From the NCBI GenBank assembly GCA_009602725.1, contig WELB01000004.1:1-64000 (forward strand): 64,000 nucleotides of DNA. The letters run 5' to 3'. Every line of letters starts with the position of its first letter. Position 1 is the stretch's first letter. The translations under genes were made by a program, and so were the position numbers. This stretch comes from Spirogloea muscicola (lineage: Eukaryota). The notes beneath the pieces are model-generated. The model was not told where the DNA came from, searched no databases, and worked only from the letters and a program-made list of their open reading frames with translations. This document shows positions 12,500-27,538 of the stretch, piece after piece.

Positions 12500-13281
12500 A
12501 ATTCTTTTATGGGCTGGCTTCTCACAGCCCTTGCCCCCATTGGGAGGGGCCACTCTCTTTCTTTTGTTAGCAGTGGATGCCGTTTTGTGTAGCCCCCTCC
12601 ATCGCAGTAGCTTCTGCACAAGGGTAGTTCCATGCTTTTTGCGCCTTTCGGCCCTTTCAGACCTTGTACGTTCCTCTGCGCCTTTCGGCCCTTTCACAGC
12701 CTTTGCCGTAAATTGGAAGAGCTGTTCCTTTCATGAGGAGCAATGCACTGTCTTGACTTCGATCCTTGTCATAATTCTCTGCTGGCTGGCTGCTCACAGC
12801 CCTCACAGCTCTTGAGCGGGTCAGCTTAGCAACAGGCGACGTTTATTGTTCTATGTGCTTGCCTTTGTACTTGGCCGCACATGGCCTCCCCATCTCTTAA
12901 TACACACGCATTCTCTTGCCTCCATTAGGAGAGCCACTACCCTTGACTCAATCAGTCCCACTAGTAGATCACGCGCCACCGCGCGCCTTTCCCCCCGCCG
13001 CCCACCCGCACGACGCCGTCGGACGGCGGCGGGAACGAGGCGGCGCTTGCCGGCCGTCGGAGGGCCGTTGCCGGCGTCAGCGCGCACAGTCCCCCCCCAT
13101 TATCCACTTCACCACCCTGCAGGTACCTGCGCCACGCCCGCTGCACCACCGCCACCCCGTTAATTAAATACCACCCCCCGTCCCTCCGCAGTGCCCTCAG
13201 TGCCTTCACCGTCCCCTCGCTTTCACATGGCCACTGTTGGCTTGAATTGGCCAACCCTTTCGTTTCATGCGCGCCTTCTCC
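12500..13281 (+). repeat. Solo retroelement 3' tails of three types
   Basis: 12505-12563 resembles the GGGCTGG..CAGCCC tail. 12817-12915 matches the reverse complement of ~4090-4188. 13236-13281 matches the TTGGCTTGAATTGGCC..GCGCCTTCTC tail. Confidence 0.75.
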
Positions 13282-13542
13282 GTCAACACATGGCCAGGCC
13301 CCGCCCGCGCCTCTGCAGGCCAGCCTCACTCCCCCCCCCTCGCCGCCGCCGCTGCCGCCGCCGCCNCCCGCCGGGCGTCTCCCCGCCGCGGGGGGTTGGC
13401 GCGGCGCACACGCTCAGCGTGTGCGGCGCGCCGGCCCGCCGAGCCCCCGCCTGCCACCATTCAGCGCCCAAAGTCCTCCGCGGACCTGAGCGCCGGGGAG
13501 GGCAGCCAGGTCGCCCGCCGCTACCTCACCTCGCAGAGCTCC

Positions 13543-16500
13543 ATGAGCGGCCTCGACGACGGCGCCGTCAAGGATGTCGAGGGGGGCATCATGGACCCCT
13601 ACAGCTCCTCCGGCAAGGCCAAGGTGTATCCGGCTAGGGGCAAGTCGACGACGCCTTGGGTATGGCCGCACCGTCAGCTTCAGCTCGTAAATGCCTCTGT
13701 TGTTGTCATGGTGCAACTACGAGTCAATTGGCTGCCTGATTTCATGCAGGATGAGATTTGCCGAAATAAAACAATCAGTCCTATTTTTAGCTGGGGCTGA
13801 TGTTCAAGAGAGAGCAGATTGTGAAAGCGGTTATATAAAGCCGTTGCAGAACGTGGTGCGTTCAATCGTCGCCAGCTGAGACCCTTCTGCAAATGGCTCT
13901 GCAGGTCCTCCGCATACTGTCGAGGGTTGACCAGCGCCTGTGGTACATGCTAGCTCTGGCGGCATTTGTGGCAATGCTCTACACGGGCTCTCAGACGTCA
14001 CCGATTGTCCTCTTCGTTTTTGTCATCTGCATCTTCAGTATGCTCTTTGCATGGTACCTGCAGACCTGGGTGCTATCCAAGGACGAGGGTCCACCAGAAA
14101 TGACACAGGTATATCAGACCTCATTGCTGTAACCTACTAGCTGGAAGCGTGTGCTTGTGCTACCTGCAAGGCTGGTCAAAGCTTCTCCACTTCAACATAG
14201 TGTTCCTATTGCATGCATGCTAGGTTGCTCTGAGGACCTTGCATTGCTGAGATTGCTGCACAGGTGGCGAGCACAGGCTGCTTACAATCTACATCTGAGC
14301 AACTTGTTGGCTTTCAAAGCTTGTGACCACTCTACAGCGGCGCGCGTGACAATGTAATGCATGGTTGTGTTTTCTGCTTGCACCAGATTTCTGATGCAAT
14401 ACGAGATGGCTCGGAGGGCTTCTTTCGCACTCAGTATGGCGCCATCTCCAAAATGGCTGCGTTGCTGGCAGTTACTATATTTCTCATCTACATGTTCCGA
14501 AAAGCCACTCCTGATCAAGAAGCTGCAGGTCTCTCGAAGTAAGGCCACTTGCCCATGACAGGGTCCTCTTATATAGACGTCCTTTAGCTCCATATGCCCT
14601 GTACAGAGTTACATCTTCTAGGTGTTGTTTGGTGTAGCACGTCAATGAAACCCATTAGAGCAATGAGAGGAGTTAGCTTCAGCTTGCTTGTACCACAGGC
14701 AACTCAATCGGCTGCATAAACATCCAATTTCTCTTTCAGAAATCTTTCAAACAGGAGATATGTGCACAACAGATTGTTTGGCTGCCTCTATGCGCAGGTC
14801 AATTCTCGCATGCATCACTGTCTTGTCCTTTTTGTTGGGGGCGATTTGCTCAGGAGCTGCAGGGTACATGGGAATGTGGGTCTCTGTACGGGCGAATGTT
14901 CGAGTTGCAGCTGCAGCTCGACGGTCTGCCCGGGAGGCACTCCAGGTTTGGAAAAGTTGGTCAGGCTGGGAACATTGAAAGCATTGGTGCATTGGTAGCT
15001 CAAATAAGCTGCAGGGGTGCAAGCACGTTTGTTCTGGCCGAAGCTGTACATGGCAGCATGCTGTAACAAAACGAGAAACCTTATTGATGTGCATGCTTCT
15101 GTCATAGGTTGCTGTGAGGGCGGGAGGCTTTTCTGCAACCATGACAGTGGGCATGACAGTGCTTGGAGTGGCCATTCTCTACTCTACGTTCCACTCTGTC
15201 TTCAACATTGATCTGCAGAGTGATCTTAAGGTCACTGATTGTAAGTCTTCCAACTTCAAGCACTTGTATGCAAGCAACAAGTGCTTCTGCTGGCAAGAAT
15301 CTACCTGCTCAATGCAGATATTGTCAAGAAGCTGCTGACATCCGCCATAAATATTTGGTTGAATCTCTTAATGCATGGTCTCCTTTGCAGTACCACTGCT
15401 GCTGGTTGGTTATGGTTTCGGAGCATCATTTGTAGCTCTCTTTGCTCAAGTCGGCGGTGGCATATACACAAAGGCAGCTGATGTGGGAGCAGACCTTGTC
15501 GGCAAGATTGAGCAAGGGATTCCAGAAGATGATCCTCGAAACCCAGCAGTGATTGCTGATTTGGTAATGGGCACCTCGATTGTGCGATATACATGCAAGG
15601 TTGTTGATCACCAAGTACTTCCTTATTGCTACCAAATTACACAACCTTTGCGGCCAGCCAGTCATCATTTATGTGCTTTGAGCATTAATCTAGTGAATGA
15701 TTGCAACCAGGTTGGAGACAATGTTGGAGATTGCGCAGCTCGTGGAGCAGATCTTTTTGAGAGCATCGCAGCAGAGATAATAGCTGCCATGATACTAGGT
15801 GGTACTATGGCTCGCAAGTGCAAGCTTGAAGGTGAGGTCCTGCTCATTGCACCTGATTGATCAATATAAAACTGGATGCCTCAAGATGTACTCTGAGTTG
15901 TCTATGTCATTACACCTTCAGAGCAGGATGTTGAGGGAATTTGGGACTGTGCAAGAGCAAGTCGTGAGCATGTGTGTAATGTCTTCAATGGTTGTGGTTC
16001 TGCTACCACACAGAGCAGACTCTGACGTACATACTGAAATTGCAAGATTCAGCCTTTCTCAATACTTTGTCTGTAGTGGTGGCTGCTGTTTCTTACTTAT
16101 GGATGTTGTCATTGAGCACATGGTCTCCTGTGAAACTTGCAGATCCTGCTGGTTTCATTCTGTTCCCATTAGTGGTACACTCATTTGACCTCGTGGTGTC
16201 AGCTACTGGTATTCTCTCAATCAAGAGCACCAGGGATGCAAGTGTGAAGAGCGCAGTGGAAGACCCTATGGCAGTTCTTCTCAAGGGATATTCTATCACC
16301 CTCCTACTAGCAGTCGTTGCTTTCACCGGAGTAAGCAGACTAGAAGCAACCATCTCGCTGGGGCTCATATATGCCCCTTAGACTCCCAGCAAATTTTGCT
16401 CCTCGTCCTCTTTGGCATGTCTAAGGTGTCTGTAGCTTGCCTTCTCAGACCAAAGTTTAGGTGCAAGAGTAGTGCTTCATGAAGCACTCTTAGCATCCGC

Positions 16501-18731
16501 ACGGTACGGGAATTGATTGCCCTTCAGGTCTCACCAGTCATGCAGGTGGCTGCTTTACAGTGAGCAGGCTCCGGCGGCATGGCTGCACTTCGCCCTGTGT
16601 GGTCTTGTTGGCATCATCACCGCATACCTTTTCGTGTGGATTGCTCAATATTACACAGACTACAAGTATCACCCCGTCAGACTTGTGGCCGAGGCAAGCT
16701 TGACAGGGCATGGGACAAACATCATTGCTGGTGTTGGTCTCGGCATGGAGTCTACTGGCCTTCCTGCGATCGTCATCAGCATTGCAGTGCTATCGGCCTA
16801 CTGGTTGGGTCGCACTTCTGGTCTTGTTGATGACAATGGCGACCCCCAAGGCGGTCTCTTTGGCACAGCTGTGGCTACAATGGGAATGCTGAGCACAGCT
16901 GCATACATCCTTACCATGGACGTGTTTGGCCCAATTGCTGACAATGCTGGCGGCATAGTGGAAATGAGTAATCAGGTAAAGCAGGGGCCGCTCAGGCAAC
17001 CTTACGTGTTGTCCCCATCCTGTAACCTGTTTGGCTTCCTAAGTGACTGTGAGGCAATCTGGTAACATGGAGAATACAATCTCATTTACATGGTGCATTG
17101 TGGCTCTCAGGGCTACATTTGTTGGTATTGATGCCTCTCGACATGCCTGTCACTTCATTGTGTGCCAGCCCGAGGGAGTCCGCGATATCACAGACCTGTT
17201 AGACGCAGTTGGTAATACCACAAAAGCTACAACCAAGGGTTTCGCGATTGGTTCAGCCGCCTTGGCATCTTTCCTTCTCTTCAGTGCCTACATGGATGAG
17301 GTGTCTGCTTTTTCTGGCCAACCATTTAAGCAGGTGAATTTTCCCCACAAGGGGCGACCTCAGATCCTTCTTGCTTCAAAAGAGGCCTCTCTGTGCTGGT
17401 GCCGATGCTGGTGCTGGAACTTTCATGACTCTTAAGGTCCTGCTTATTATTTTCTGCAGCAGCTGCTGCGCTCCTGCAACTATGAATGCTGCAGCACTGA
17501 ACCATGTCCTGGGTGGTGTGGTTGTTCCAGGTCGACATTGCCATTCCAGAGGTGTTCATTGCTGGCCTGCTTGGTGCTACGCTTATATTTGTCTTCAGCG
17601 CTTGGGCTTGCACAGCTGTGGGCCGGAGTGCGCAAGAGGTTGTCAAAGAAGTCCGTCGTCAATTCATAGAAAGGCCTGGAATCATGGTATGTATACGAGT
17701 CTTGATACTCTGATTGAAATTTGCCAGGTGCAGATACCTTGCTTTGCAGCACGACTGCAGCCTTTAGGAGCATTGTGAAATTTGTCAGAAGCTTTCGTGC
17801 TTTGACAGAGGCTTGAGCTTGGTATGTGCTGCTTCCTGATATCTGACTATGTAGTGAGCGGTGCAGACATATCAAGAAATGCCAGACTATGCAAAGTGCG
17901 TGTCCATAGTGGCCGAATCAGCTTTGCGTGAAATGGTCAAACCAGGCGCATTGGCTGTATGCGCGCCCATCATCCTAGGTATTCGATCCAGTCTGCATTT
18001 ACTAGTCAATTCAGTTTCTGCAGCTTGTACCTTGTGCTCTGTGCCGTCCATTGTACTTGTAGAGTGTCGACCACAAAAGTAAGATCGTTTGTCCTCTGAT
18101 TCAATGCTGCACTTGGTGCTTGCTACTCGGCAGGCCTGGTCTTCCGATTCCTGGGAGTATGGACCGAGCAACCCCTGCTGGGTTCCAAGGCGGTCGCAAG
18201 CTTCCTCATGTTTGCTACAGTGGCAGGCATCTTAATGGCACTTTTTCTGAACACGGCTGGAGGTGCGTGGGACAATGCCAAAAAGTTCATAGAGTCCGGC
18301 AACCTTGGTGGAAAGGGCAGTGACGCTCACAAAGCTGCCGTCACAGGAGACACGTGAGTTGTGCCTCTCTTGTCTATGCACAAATGCCTGTACTCTCTGG
18401 TATATACCGTCATAGTATTTCTGATGCATTTCTTTACAGTGAGAGTTTACGTCACGCTTGACTCAATGGTAATCAAGTGTCGAGTTGCTATCACTTCGCC
18501 TCGTCTTTTCTGGATGCACTTAATGACATGCCATTGCCTGTTGGATGTGACGTTTGGCTTCTGCTGTGACACCTTTGCTTACTGCATAGTGGCACTTTCG
18601 TGCGGTCTGTACTGCTGTGTGACAGGGTTGGCGACCCATTTAAAGATACGGCTGGCCCTTCTCTGCACGTGCTCATAAAAATGCTCGCCACAATAACATT
18701 GGTCATGGCTCCCCTTTTCCTTGAGTACTGA
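13543..18731 (+). CDS. VHP2: Type II (K+-independent) H+-translocating pyrophosphatase, AVP2/VHP2-like; multi-exon
   Basis: [53 protein letters not shown] and GDPFKDT motifs. Ends MAPLFLEY*. Confidence 0.96.
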
Positions 18732-19171
18732 GCAGATCATTTCTTGTACAGCTGCGTGCTCAAAGTGTGACAGCCTATCAACCAGATTTTGGTGATGCCC
18801 AATGCTCAGCAGCGTAATTGATGTTCTTGTCTAGCTTCTCGACTCCTACTCTTAGCAAGTATGGCTGTAGCACGAAAACTGTTCACTTGGCTCGAGGAGA
18901 AACAGCCAAGAGGACGAAGACGCATGCATAACGCAGCATAAGGCCCATTGGAGACAGCAGCATCGAGCATGGCAGTGCCACCGAAGCACAGCCATAATTA
19001 TACAAGTGAACTCCTTTGTTCATATTTACTCATACAGATGGTAGTCAAGGCGCATCGCTCACTTCATACCCGAGCGCAAGCCCCAGTTGGAGCGCATTAG
19101 AGCCATGAGCTACTACGCCAACATGCACATGTGCGAGGTGGGCCGGAGTAGCAAGTTTGAGGTAGTTGGTG

Positions 19172-19545
19172 TTAGCCGGTGGCCTTGAGCCTGGCCTCCA
19201 GGGCTGCGGTGTGCGCGTCAAGTGTGGAGGCAATGGCCTCGAGCTGCGTTACCTGGCGGTCGATGTCGTCGATCTGGCGCAGGTGGGCGTCCAGCAGGCC
19301 GTTCCTGACCTTGAGGCGCTCCACGAAGACGCAGAGGCCGGTGGCGAGGTCGCCGAGGTGGGCGTACTCCGCCTCCGCGCGGGCGTTCATCATGGCCAGC
19401 AGCTCGTACTCGCGCGCACCTGCCTGCAGGCGCAGGAGCTCGCCGTCAGCCTTGCGGCTGGAGCCGGCGCCGGCGGCGGGCGCCGCTGCCGCAGGCCACG
19501 CCGAGGCGACGCGCAGGACCTGGAGCTCGCCGCGGACGAGCGCGG
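19172..19545 (-). CDS. BLOS2: BLOC-1 subunit 2; start lost at the single-N join (19546)
   Basis: VRGELQ|..LLAMMNARAEAEYAHLGDLATGL..QIDDIDRQVTQLEAIASTLD matches the plant BLOS2 pattern from memory. Confidence 0.8.
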
Positions 19546-19909
19546 NGCAAGCGGTGGGGGCTGACAATGGCTGCTGGCGCAGCGACTGCAGGCTCGGGAA
19601 GCGGGAGCAGCCCGACGGGACGGGGACGGCTCCGCGTCGTCGGGGCGCCGTTCCGTGGGCAAAGCGGCGGGCTTGGACGAGCCGCCGGTATCTCCGGCGT
19701 GGGGGGCCTCCTTCTTCCCCACCGGCGGAAGGGGCCTCCCGGTCTCAAACGAGCGCCGCTCCGCCTAGATGGGGCTAACGACGCCAATGCCGTCTGGCGC
19801 CGTCTCCAGCCTCCGCGCCCACTCCGCCGCCCGCCCCCCCCTCCCCATTTGCGCACGGTTTCCTGCAGGCCGCCACACCCCCCCCCGCGCCGCCGCCGCC
19901 GCCGCCGCC

Positions 19910-22900
19910 ATGGGCGTGGTCATGCGCTGGACGGCCGTGGAGCTGCGGCTGCGGCCGGCGCTGACGCCGGACGGGAAGAAGACGCCCGGGCGCAAGGGCG
20001 GCGCCACCGGGCCGGGCCGCAAGTGGGGCCACACGTGCAACGCGCTGCGCAACGGCCGCCTGGCCTACGCCTTCGGCGGCTACGGCAAGGACGAGAAGCA
20101 GACCAACGACGTCCACATCTTCGACACCGGTTAGCGACGGCCTCCCCGTCTCCCGGGATAGGCATGGCAAGGCTGCCCCCGGATCTGCCCCCGCCGGCGG
20201 CGCCGTCGGCCACGACTTTGCTGCGCCAGCCCGCTGACGACGGGCCCGCCGCCGCCGGCGGCGGCGGTCGCGCAGGGAAGCAGGCGTGGAGCCGCCCGAT
20301 ACTCAAGGGCGACCCGCCGATCCCGCGGGACAGCCACACGTGCACCACCGTCGGCCTCCGGCTCTTCATCATGGGTGGCACCGACGGCCACACCGCGCTC
20401 TCCGACCTCTACATCCTCGACACCAGTGAGCAGACCTCTCCTCCCGCAAGCGCGCAATTGCCGCTCGCAGCAGCGCTCGAGACGAGCTCAGTGGAGCAGC
20501 CGCCCCCGTGTCACCTCGCGCCTTGGACCAGAGTGCCTGGTCCTGCGCGGCCACGGCAATGCATGCTGCATTGGGGGCCTCGCAGTGTGATCAGTCAAGC
20601 CTCTCCAACACCTGCGCATGCTGCATTCTCCTTTGCTGTGCCGAAGCCAACAACACCTGGTCCCAGCCGCTGCCGCAAGGGACGCCGCCGGCGCCCCGGG
20701 AGGGCCACTGTGCTGCGTTGGTTGGCCAGCGCATCTACGTCTTCGGAGGCTGCGGGAAGGCCGGAGCCGGCTCCGACGACACATACTTCAACGACATCCA
20801 CATTCTTGACACTGGTATCAATGCTGCGTGTGTTGCACGTGCAGCAGCTGACGGAGTATCTGGCACGGGGATAGGGGTTGCTACTTACACGCGGTCTACT
20901 TTACTTTGCTTCGTGTGCAGAGACTATTACGTGGACCAAGGCCACTCCGAAAGGAATGCTGCCAGCGCCAAGAGACAGCCACACCTGCAACTCCTGGGGC
21001 AAGTACCTCGTTGTGATGGGCGGCGAGGACTTTCAGAACTCGTACCTCAACGACGTCTGGCTGTTTGATACGGGTGAGCTTGCATCGTCGCCATTTCCAC
21101 AGCATGGCGGCTGTCTGCTCATCCAGCCGAGGGAGGCGGGATTTGCTGTTGTCTCTTTGTCTTCTGCATGGTGAAGGCCTCCAGCAAAAGCACCATACAG
21201 GGGGGTCATCCCTCACTCTCCACCTTACTTGACTAGCACATTGTGGTAACATAGGGTTGAGCATAATATCAAGAGGGATGGAAGGAGTCTTGCAAACTGA
21301 TTGTGCATATAGCAAGCTGCCTCCTTTTTGGCACTTGGCTCAGTACTAAAATTTCTGCTTCGCTTCCTTCTGACTCAGAGGCCGGAAGCTGGAGCATGGT
21401 AGAGGTTACCGGCGACATCCCAGCTCCACGAGCAGGGCATTCGGCTGTTGTTGTTGGGAAGCACCTCCTTGTGTTCGGGGGCTTCACAGACGAGCGGAGG
21501 CTCTTCAACGACTTACACGTCTTAGACCTAGGTGAGGGTGTGAGTCCTTGCCTACGACGTTACTGTCCTATGCTGGATGGGCCTGCGGGGCATGGGGATC
21601 TTTTGAGAGATTGCGCTCAGATACTATAGTAAGTGCCACTGTGCTTTTGCGCGTGAGTACTGTTGCTTCTGTCTAAGAGCAGAATTTCTTGTGATTGCTG
21701 GAGGAGCAGGGACGGGTGTGTCGCAGAGGTGCATCACAGACGGGCCCCAGCCAAGCCCGCGGTTCTCGCTTGCTGCCGACTGTGTCGATGTGGCTCGAGG
21801 CCGGGTGCTCCTCTACGGGGGCTGCAATGACACCTTAGAGGCTCTCGACGATATGTACTACTTGGAGACAGGTGTGAGCTGCTGCACTTCTGCTCCAATC
21901 TCATGCTAGCCGTCTGCTGTTACCTGAGCAGCGCATGGCTTTGTAGATAGGTACTTGAGCCACGACTTACAATTGGCCTCCTCTCCCGGAAGGACAGGTG
22001 GTATCAAATCGGACTGGCAGCAAGAGCTATGCAACTAGCAGCTTGTTGTGTGTCAGCAACTTTCCTGGGTTCACTGTCAACGTTCACATTGATGGAGTCG
22101 ATTCCTACATATAGTGGTCTTAACAAATCGCTGTGTCCATCAGGTTTGCACGTGGAGAAGACGGAGATTCAACGACTAAAGCGGGAGAGAAAGTTCATCA
22201 TAAGACGAGACCTCAAACGCAATATGGCAAATCACGAGGGCATGGATGTTGAGGGGAAGCGTCGAGGCGTGAAGCGCCTGCGAGCTGCAATGTCTGCTCC
22301 AGCTGGTGTGCCTCAGCTTTTTTGCACAAACAGGCCACCCAAAGTACCGTGCTTATGTGACGTCAGTAGCCTAGCACGAGTACGAATCAAGTTTGTTGCT
22401 GTAAGTTCCGTCTTAGAAGGGTAAAAGCTTCAAGCTTCAGCAGGCAGATAGAGAGCTTCTTGTGCTGGAGTTGTGGACAAGTTGCGCCACTCTGAAAAAT
22501 ACATGACAGGCCAGGCCTGGCATGAGCTGCATTGCGACTACTGCATTTCTGCATTTCTTACTTCAGAATGGATGTGTCATTCTCGTAATGTGCAGATGCC
22601 CACGGTCGAGCAGATGTTAAAGTGGGTGTTACCAAGCCATTTGATGCCAAGATTACAAATGTATTTCACGCGGGCTACTGCGTAGAGGCCAACATTGATG
22701 GTCGGATTCTGCACGGCCTCCTTTTCTCGAACAGAGATGGCTTTGCGCACGCTGCAATGGCACGCCAATTGCGGTAGCTGCCTGGACTTTTCAACTGTTG
22801 TTGTTGTGCATCTCCTACACGAGCATGACCAAAGTTTGCCTCGTATGTTCATACCCATCATAAGGATCATCAGGCTTGTCGGACTGCTGTCACTTCCGTG

Positions 22901-23870
22901 GACATCCCACCTGCCTGATCTTACTTACCTGCGCAGGACCCGGCAAGAAGCAGCGGATGCCAAAGCAAGGCTGCAGCTGCAGAAGAAAGCGGATAGAAAG
23001 GCTGCAAGGATGGAGAAGAAGATGCTAAAGGAAGCCGAGGGTACAACGCCGTCCAATGTGAACAGCTACGGGGCAGCAGGACACATACCGAGTGCCGACA
23101 CCTCAGCATACGATGAGAGTCGCACTCTGGCTGACATCCTCAACAGGAGCAATGAAGTGCACGAACGCACCACCCCTCAAAGTTCCTAGGCTCCCTGTGC
23201 ATGCGGACTCCCTTGATGGTTTGTCAATACAGTCAGGTCAAGGCTGTGCTTGTGAACGTCACGAGATACATCAGATGTAGAAGCTTATTGAGCTATTTGT
23301 TGATGCAGGGCTTCCTTGACTACTTGGAAGTAGGGCTTAGTGAAGGCTTTGCTTGTGGATCCAGGCAAAGGTCATGATACTCATGGCACATTGATTTCCG
23401 CTCTTGCAGGCTGACGCAGCGCGGAGCACTCCTGCTGCAGCTTCCAAACCAAAGGCGGAAGCAGAAGATCCGGAGAAGGCGCCCATCACAGCCTCCGAAC
23501 TCCCCGAAGTGGACGACACAGCCGGAGGCGTTATGAACCCTGAAGCCGCAGAGCCTGTCTTCTTGTCAGGAGCCTCTCTCTTGAAAGGGTAGTTTGCATT
23601 CATGCGGCCTCAACGACAGCCGTTTGCGCAGATCACGCCATCACGTGGATGCCAAGATGTCCTCTCTTGTGTCAAGCGCTGGGTGGTCCCTCACCTTACT
23701 GCAGATACCAAGGCATGATACACAAACCTGTGGCAGGAAGCGGTGCTTCCAAGCCTGCCGGATTTGTTGACATCTTGGATTCATCTGGCCCTTATGTACA
23801 GACACAGGATGGACACGCCTCTCTTACAACAGCCCCCTCCCTTTCATCGCATGGTTCAGAAGGGCTGTAG
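19910..23870 (+). CDS. Kelch-repeat beta-propeller protein with a long low-complexity C-terminus; 3' end approximate
   Basis: Six kelch repeats (KWGHT..FGGY, PRDSHT..MGG, PREGH..FGG, PRDSHT..MGG, PRAGH..FGG, PRFSL..YGG) in successive exons. Confidence 0.88.
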
Positions 23871-24632
23871 CCTAAAGACCCCATTAGATGGTGTCTGCGT
23901 ATTGCCTCCCCCTCGGCAACAACTGTTTCCGACTTGACAAACCATTGCTGTTGATGATGTCTATGAAAATGGCCATTACCGGGTCAAAATTCTTTGAAGG
24001 CCGGCCTTTGAAGTACCTTACTCGGGTTTTCCATATATGGACTGACACTGCAGTGAAGTCGAGTAGCCCACATTTACACGTCCTTGGTGACTACTATCAG
24101 TCTACACATTCTCAAAGAGACAGGATGCCTTGACATGCTCACACAGCCTTTTCCAAACTTGTCTGCATCTAGTAAGGCGTCAACTTGGAAACTGCTGCAC
24201 AGAAGACATACTTAGCTAAGACCACATGCGACTGCCACGGATGCTGAGGCGCATGATCTCCAGCGAATAGCTTGCACAAATAGGAAATACTATGTTGTAC
24301 TGTGAGCTAACTCCACCAACTCAACAACGGGCACTGCCTTCCAGCTCCCTGTGACATGCTTGCACTGCAACAAGTCCTCCTTGTTGTACAAACGTCGTCA
24401 AGAAGACCATGCACAAAGGTGGTAAAGGAGGTTCTAGTAACCTGTGTGCCTGGTACATAATGCGTAGACCGTAATATTTTGAAGCTTGCTTAACTGATGT
24501 CTTGTGAAGGAGCACTGCGCCCACCTGATCTAATGCAGGGGTTGCTCAGTGGACCACTCCACCATCCCTCTCTCAACCTTTCATAACTCCTTCAGGACAT
24601 CCTGCCTGTTCGAGAATGGCTGAGCCTGCTGC

Positions 24633-25966
<1,334 letters not shown>

Positions 25967-26007
25967 TCAATCGACGGTCACTGGTGGCCCAGCAGGGTCC
26001 CCAGAAG

Positions 26008-26780
26008 GGAGAGAAGGCGCTCGGTGCGCATGAATTGAGAGGGTGGCCAATTCAAGCCAGTACTTTGTCTAGGCAAAAGAAATAGAAAAGAATTTAAGGG
26101 GCTACATGAAGCGAAGCTCTATGCTAAGGTGGCTAATATAACAGTGTGAGGGGAATGGCGCTTCCTCGATCGGCGGCTATGAACAAGGCACAAAGGGAAT
26201 GTTTCAACTTTCTCCTGAATTAGGTGCGGTTGAGAAACCCAGAAGGGAGGAGAAAAAGAAGAAGAAGTGGCACTCCAAATGGGGGCAAGGGCTGTGATAA
26301 GCCAGCCCAAAAAGAAAAAGGGAAGCGAGGTCGTCCAGCTGGGGGCGATATTGCTTGATTCATCTACGTGCAGGGGCGCGCTCTAAGTCAGGCCTCCGGC
26401 TTTCGTGGCGGCGCTCCAGCTCCCCAAGTTAGCTTGTCAGATTTGTTTGTGCTCACCCGTGGGTACTAATGTCATCTTAGGTACCTTAGATTAGGTCTCC
26501 GTATTATGTAGCATTGTTTAGTCTGCACTCGACTCTGCCTGAACAATGTATTGGCTTGAATTGGCCTCCCTTTCAATTCATGCGCCCCGCGCGCCTTCTC
26601 TCTAGCGGCTGTCAGACTAGGAGCTACTGAGCGGCTGTTTTGGCGGACACTTTCTGTTCGTGTATTTGAAACAAACGAAGGCCAAATGGCCAAGTACAAA
26701 GGCAAGCACATCTAAAGACCTACATAACTTACAGCAGATTGACCCGCTCAGTAACCACGGGTCAAAACATAAAGGTCGCT
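26008..26780. mobile_element. Cluster of CRE-like retroelement 3' fragments on both strands
   Basis: Minus tails at 26008-26072 and ~26255-26315. Plus copy ~26370-26603 is identical over ~174 bp to 10480-10653. Minus copy ~26655-26780 ends VLTRGY*. Confidence 0.85.
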
Positions 26781-26884
26781 AATCGATGCAATCGATGCAA
26801 GTCTTTCCCCCCTCGACCTCTACCTCTACCCTCACGTGGGCTGGACTTCCACAGCCATCTCGACCCCTTTCAAAGTAATCTCTA

Positions 26885-27538
26885 CAGTCAACCCTGTCTA
26901 AGATTATCCTCCATTAGCTTATTTCCTCTATAACCTTATCAAATTCTAGCAAACCGAGTAGGTTCAGGCTTAAGGTTATAATCGTCCATATTTCCATACT
27001 TTACATAGTTTCCTCAAAAATAAACCTATACTTATGGACGGACCGTGCGACCAACCATCCGACCCCGCCACCAGCATAAGTGGACCATGAGTAGTGACTT
27101 GAAAAGATTGTATGTAGTCTATGGCCTATGATAAAGTGCGCAATTACTACTTTAACGTGGCCGTCTCGTTGCCGCTACCTTGAACAGGACTCTGGCATAA
27201 GCAATCCGTCATGACGACTCGAAAATGGCGGTAATGCAAGTGCGGCGGCTCTGCTTGAGCCGCCGCACTTGCTCAACGCGGGTGTCATGTTGAAGGCCAC
27301 CGATGACGGCGAGCGCCGACGCTTGCTTCGCGTCCGACACATCAAGCATGTCGGCGACAGCTTGGAGAGCGGCAAGGCGTTCCTCCAAAGGTATGTAAGA
27401 CACCTCTCGCACCGCAGCACCAGGGACCAGGTGTACAGAATGGCACGTGATGTCACGTCATTGCCATTACCGTTATATCCTGTTTATCATTATACAAACC
27501 TCCCCAACCGACCGTATAACCTTAGACAGGGTTGACTG
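26885..27538 (-). mobile_element. Non-autonomous pogo/Tigger-like (Tc1/mariner superfamily) DNA transposon, 654 bp
   Basis: 23-bp TIRs CAGTCAACCCTGTCTAAG(A/G)TTAT with one mismatch; TA on both flanks (26883-26884, 27539-27540). AT-rich interior. Confidence 0.88.
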
